From assembly GCA_964473825.1 (NCBI GenBank), contig CAYYQL010000005.1, forward strand, positions 64,759-128,758: DNA of 64,000 nucleotides, in the 5' to 3' direction. Position 1 is the first letter of the stretch, and the number at the start of each line of letters is the position of its first letter. Below the pieces are notes generated by a model. It worked only from the letters and a program-made list of their open reading frames with translations, made no database searches and was not told where the DNA came from. The DNA is from an uncultured archaeon. GTDB lineage: Archaea; Asgardarchaeota; Thorarchaeia; Thorarchaeales; Thorarchaeaceae. This document shows, one piece after another, positions 62,010 through 64,000 of the stretch. Both the position numbers and the translations under genes were made by a program.

Positions 62010-62420
62010 CTAGCCTCCAGAGGACATAAAATGCACATACTAGACTATAAACAGTAGTGCCATAATCAGAAAGACGATTACCGACCATACGGATAGCTGG
62101 ACTGCAGCCTTTACAGCGGATGTGCTTGTTCCTAAGAACCACGCTAGTAATCCAAGAAGCAGATTCGCCGATATACCCCCAATTCCCTTCACACCGATGG
62201 GAATGGCAAAATAGACAAGTGCAAGGATTAGAAAGAGTACATAGTAGAACCCCTTCAGGTGTGACCCTGTCAAAGCCTCGCAGGTCTCAAGAATGGCCTA
62301 GGCACTAATCCATCCTGAGAATAGCCCAGCTGTCACTCCAATGAATATATGTCCCATGACCTCTCTGAAGGCGGCCATTAGGCATGTAGCACCAAGCACC
62401 TGTAGATCAGACCAGAACAC
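62010..62420 (-). pseudogene. Degraded hydrophobic C-terminal module B
   Basis: GGISANLLLG...KAAV--SVWS-IVF-IM--LFIV*YVHFMSSGG aligns with the C-terminus of module A; in-frame TAGs. Confidence 0.8.
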
Positions 62421-62521
62421 GATTTCCTGCTATAGTCACTCTTCCTAGCCCTGTTCTCCTCCTTCGATGTCATCGCGAGTGACCAGTTCTTGCACGACTA
62501 TTGGCTGTCTTCGCATATCCG

Positions 62522-62956
62522 TCAGCCAGCAGCAGTTTCATCCTCTTCGGGATGGGACAGGGAACCACTTAGTACTGAAACCTTCTTGATATCTTGTATC
62601 TTCCATATGACAACCAGCACTGCAAGGGACATAACAAACACGAAGCTCGGCCACTGCCAGGTAACCAAGCTAGGATCCACTTCAACAATGGCCATAAAGC
62701 CAAAATGATATCCTATGACGAGCAGCACCCAGCCGAACACAACGAGTCCGATTCCCGTAATGTACCAGTAGGTTCTCTTGTTGCGATAGAACGTATACAT
62801 CATGTGGCCCGTGGATTCGCTATGTCCACGAACTCTCGGCGTGGTCTTCAGGAGAAAGACCTCTAGATACTCAAGAGTCTGCTCTATCACTTCATTGCCA
62901 GCAAATGAAGCAATGATACCACCAATCAAAAGCAGGAGTAACAGCCACATATTCAT
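62522..62956 (-). CDS. 3-TM membrane protein, putative immunity/partner A
   Basis: Starts 1-7 nt after the module A stop (ATG at 62956 or 62950); paralog of 61574-62002. Confidence 0.8.
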   Translation of the reverse strand: MNMWLLLLLLIGGIIASFAGNEVIEQTLEYLEVFLLKTTPRVRGHSESTGHMMYTFYRNKRTYWYITGIGLVVFGWVLLVIGYHFGFMAIVEVDPSLVTWQWPSFVFVMSLAVLVVIWKIQDIKKVSVLSGSLSHPEEDETAAG

Positions 62957-62957
62957 T

Positions 62958-63914
62958 CTAACCTCCATATGTCAGGAAATGAGCCGTATAAACAATGAAC
63001 AGCACCCCCATGATTATGAAGACGATTCTTGACCATACGGAAAAGACCACAGCCGCCTTCATGGCCTCTACGCTTACTCCCAAAAGCCATCCCAGAAAGC
63101 CGAGAAGCACATTGGCAGAGATGCCGCCAACCTTCTTCAGACCGGCTGCGATAAAGAAGTAAGCAAGTGCGAGGGTAAAGAAGAATAGTGCTGCACCACC
63201 TGCAGTCCATTGACCGTTGTCGACCAATCCATGAGAGACCCACCACGCATAGCCTCCTATTGCAAGCATTCCGAGGACGACCGCCCCTATGCCCCAGAAT
63301 CCCGTTGCCGGGTTTTGCGCTACTACACACGTAATCATGAGTGCGTATGTCATAAGCCCAATAGCCAATGAGAATCCAGCAACGGCAAGGGCATTATTGA
63401 AATCTTCCGCAGTTGCCCCCATCGAGTCAGAATGATATACGGTCGTTACTTGAAGGAGGTCCACTGCCATGTGCAGGATTAGGGCGAGTGTATCAGGTCT
63501 GAATGCGTAATAGTGCAATAAGGGCCATGGGCCAGTCCAATTCGCGTGTACGCTAGCTGCTGCAATCTGAAGGTCACTATCAACCTTGCTGAGGGTCTGT
63601 GGTGAGATAGATTGGTCTGTTCCATCAAGGTCATTCGTTTCCTCTGGGTCCTCGCTGGGTGGCGGGTCATCCGGGTAGCTTGGATTGGGCCTGCTGAGGT
63701 CGCAGACCACGTTGATGTCGTGGATGCGCATGTCCACCAACCCATAGCTGGAGTGACGGTAGCCAAGGATGCCCACGTACTGGATCACCCTGCTGGCGTT
63801 GTCCACCTCGACGATGGGATACGCACTCCCCTGACCATCGATGGAGGTATAGATGGCACCCTGTCCGCCGAAGCCCTCGTCCCACCAGAGCTTCCCGGTC
63901 TTGGTGAGGGAGGA
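62958..63914 (-). other. Start-less C-terminal module A: conserved beta-rich stalk, Pro/Asp linker, multi-TM hydrophobic tip
   Basis: The frame is open from 63914 (SSLTKTGKLWWDEGFGGQGAIY...) with no start codon until an internal GTG at 63806; TGA at 63915-63917. Confidence 0.75.
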
Positions 63915-64000
63915 TCAGGCCGTAGACGACTCCAATGAACAATGGGATGAGCCAGGCCTACCAAATAAGGAGCATTGCCACAAAAGCTGTAGTCAGCTCT

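Noticed and set aside
1-64000. Frameshifts as general sequencing error
   Set aside because: Lesions cluster in accessory genes and include deletions, fusions and nonsense changes, while long genes at 39-59 kb are clean. Individual 1-bp cases still need read checks.
1-64000. CRISPR array, rRNA, integrase, or reverse transcriptase/DGR
   Set aside because: No regularly spaced repeats and no such genes were seen. The repeats found do not show adenine-specific variation.

Overview
A 64-kb stretch of an archaeal chromosome. Asgard/Thorarchaeia-like affinity is only an inference from gene style (DUF217-type VapB, PflX-like radical SAM, PAS kinase, membrane-anchored Zn-ribbon protein, many TTG/GTG starts). 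About 0.7-56 kb is a large cell-surface glycosylation locus: nucleotide-sugar enzymes, GT2/GT4/GT-C transferases, two flippases, a deacetylase, a sulfotransferase and a C5-epimerase-like protein. Its centre (about 13.5-37.9 kb) is a decaying mosaic with a broken nonulosonic-acid pathway (neuB/neuC/neuA), deletion junctions and three IS5-family (IS903-like) copies of different ages. An HD-phosphohydrolase/YwgA-like/membrane-protein cassette (9.6-13.1 kb) lies between pieces of an inositol-monophosphatase-family gene. After hypC, a radical SAM gene and a PAS histidine kinase, the last 4.7 kb (59.3-64 kb) is the most interesting part. It looks like the orphan-cassette tail of a polymorphic toxin-like system: start-less hydrophobic C-terminal modules, each followed closely by an intact 3-TM partner, with repeated remnants of a conserved stalk motif. 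It is interleaved with TA modules whose toxins are lost or broken while the antitoxins are intact. No rRNA, tRNA or CRISPR array was recognised. All family calls are from motif recognition by eye; no database searches were run.
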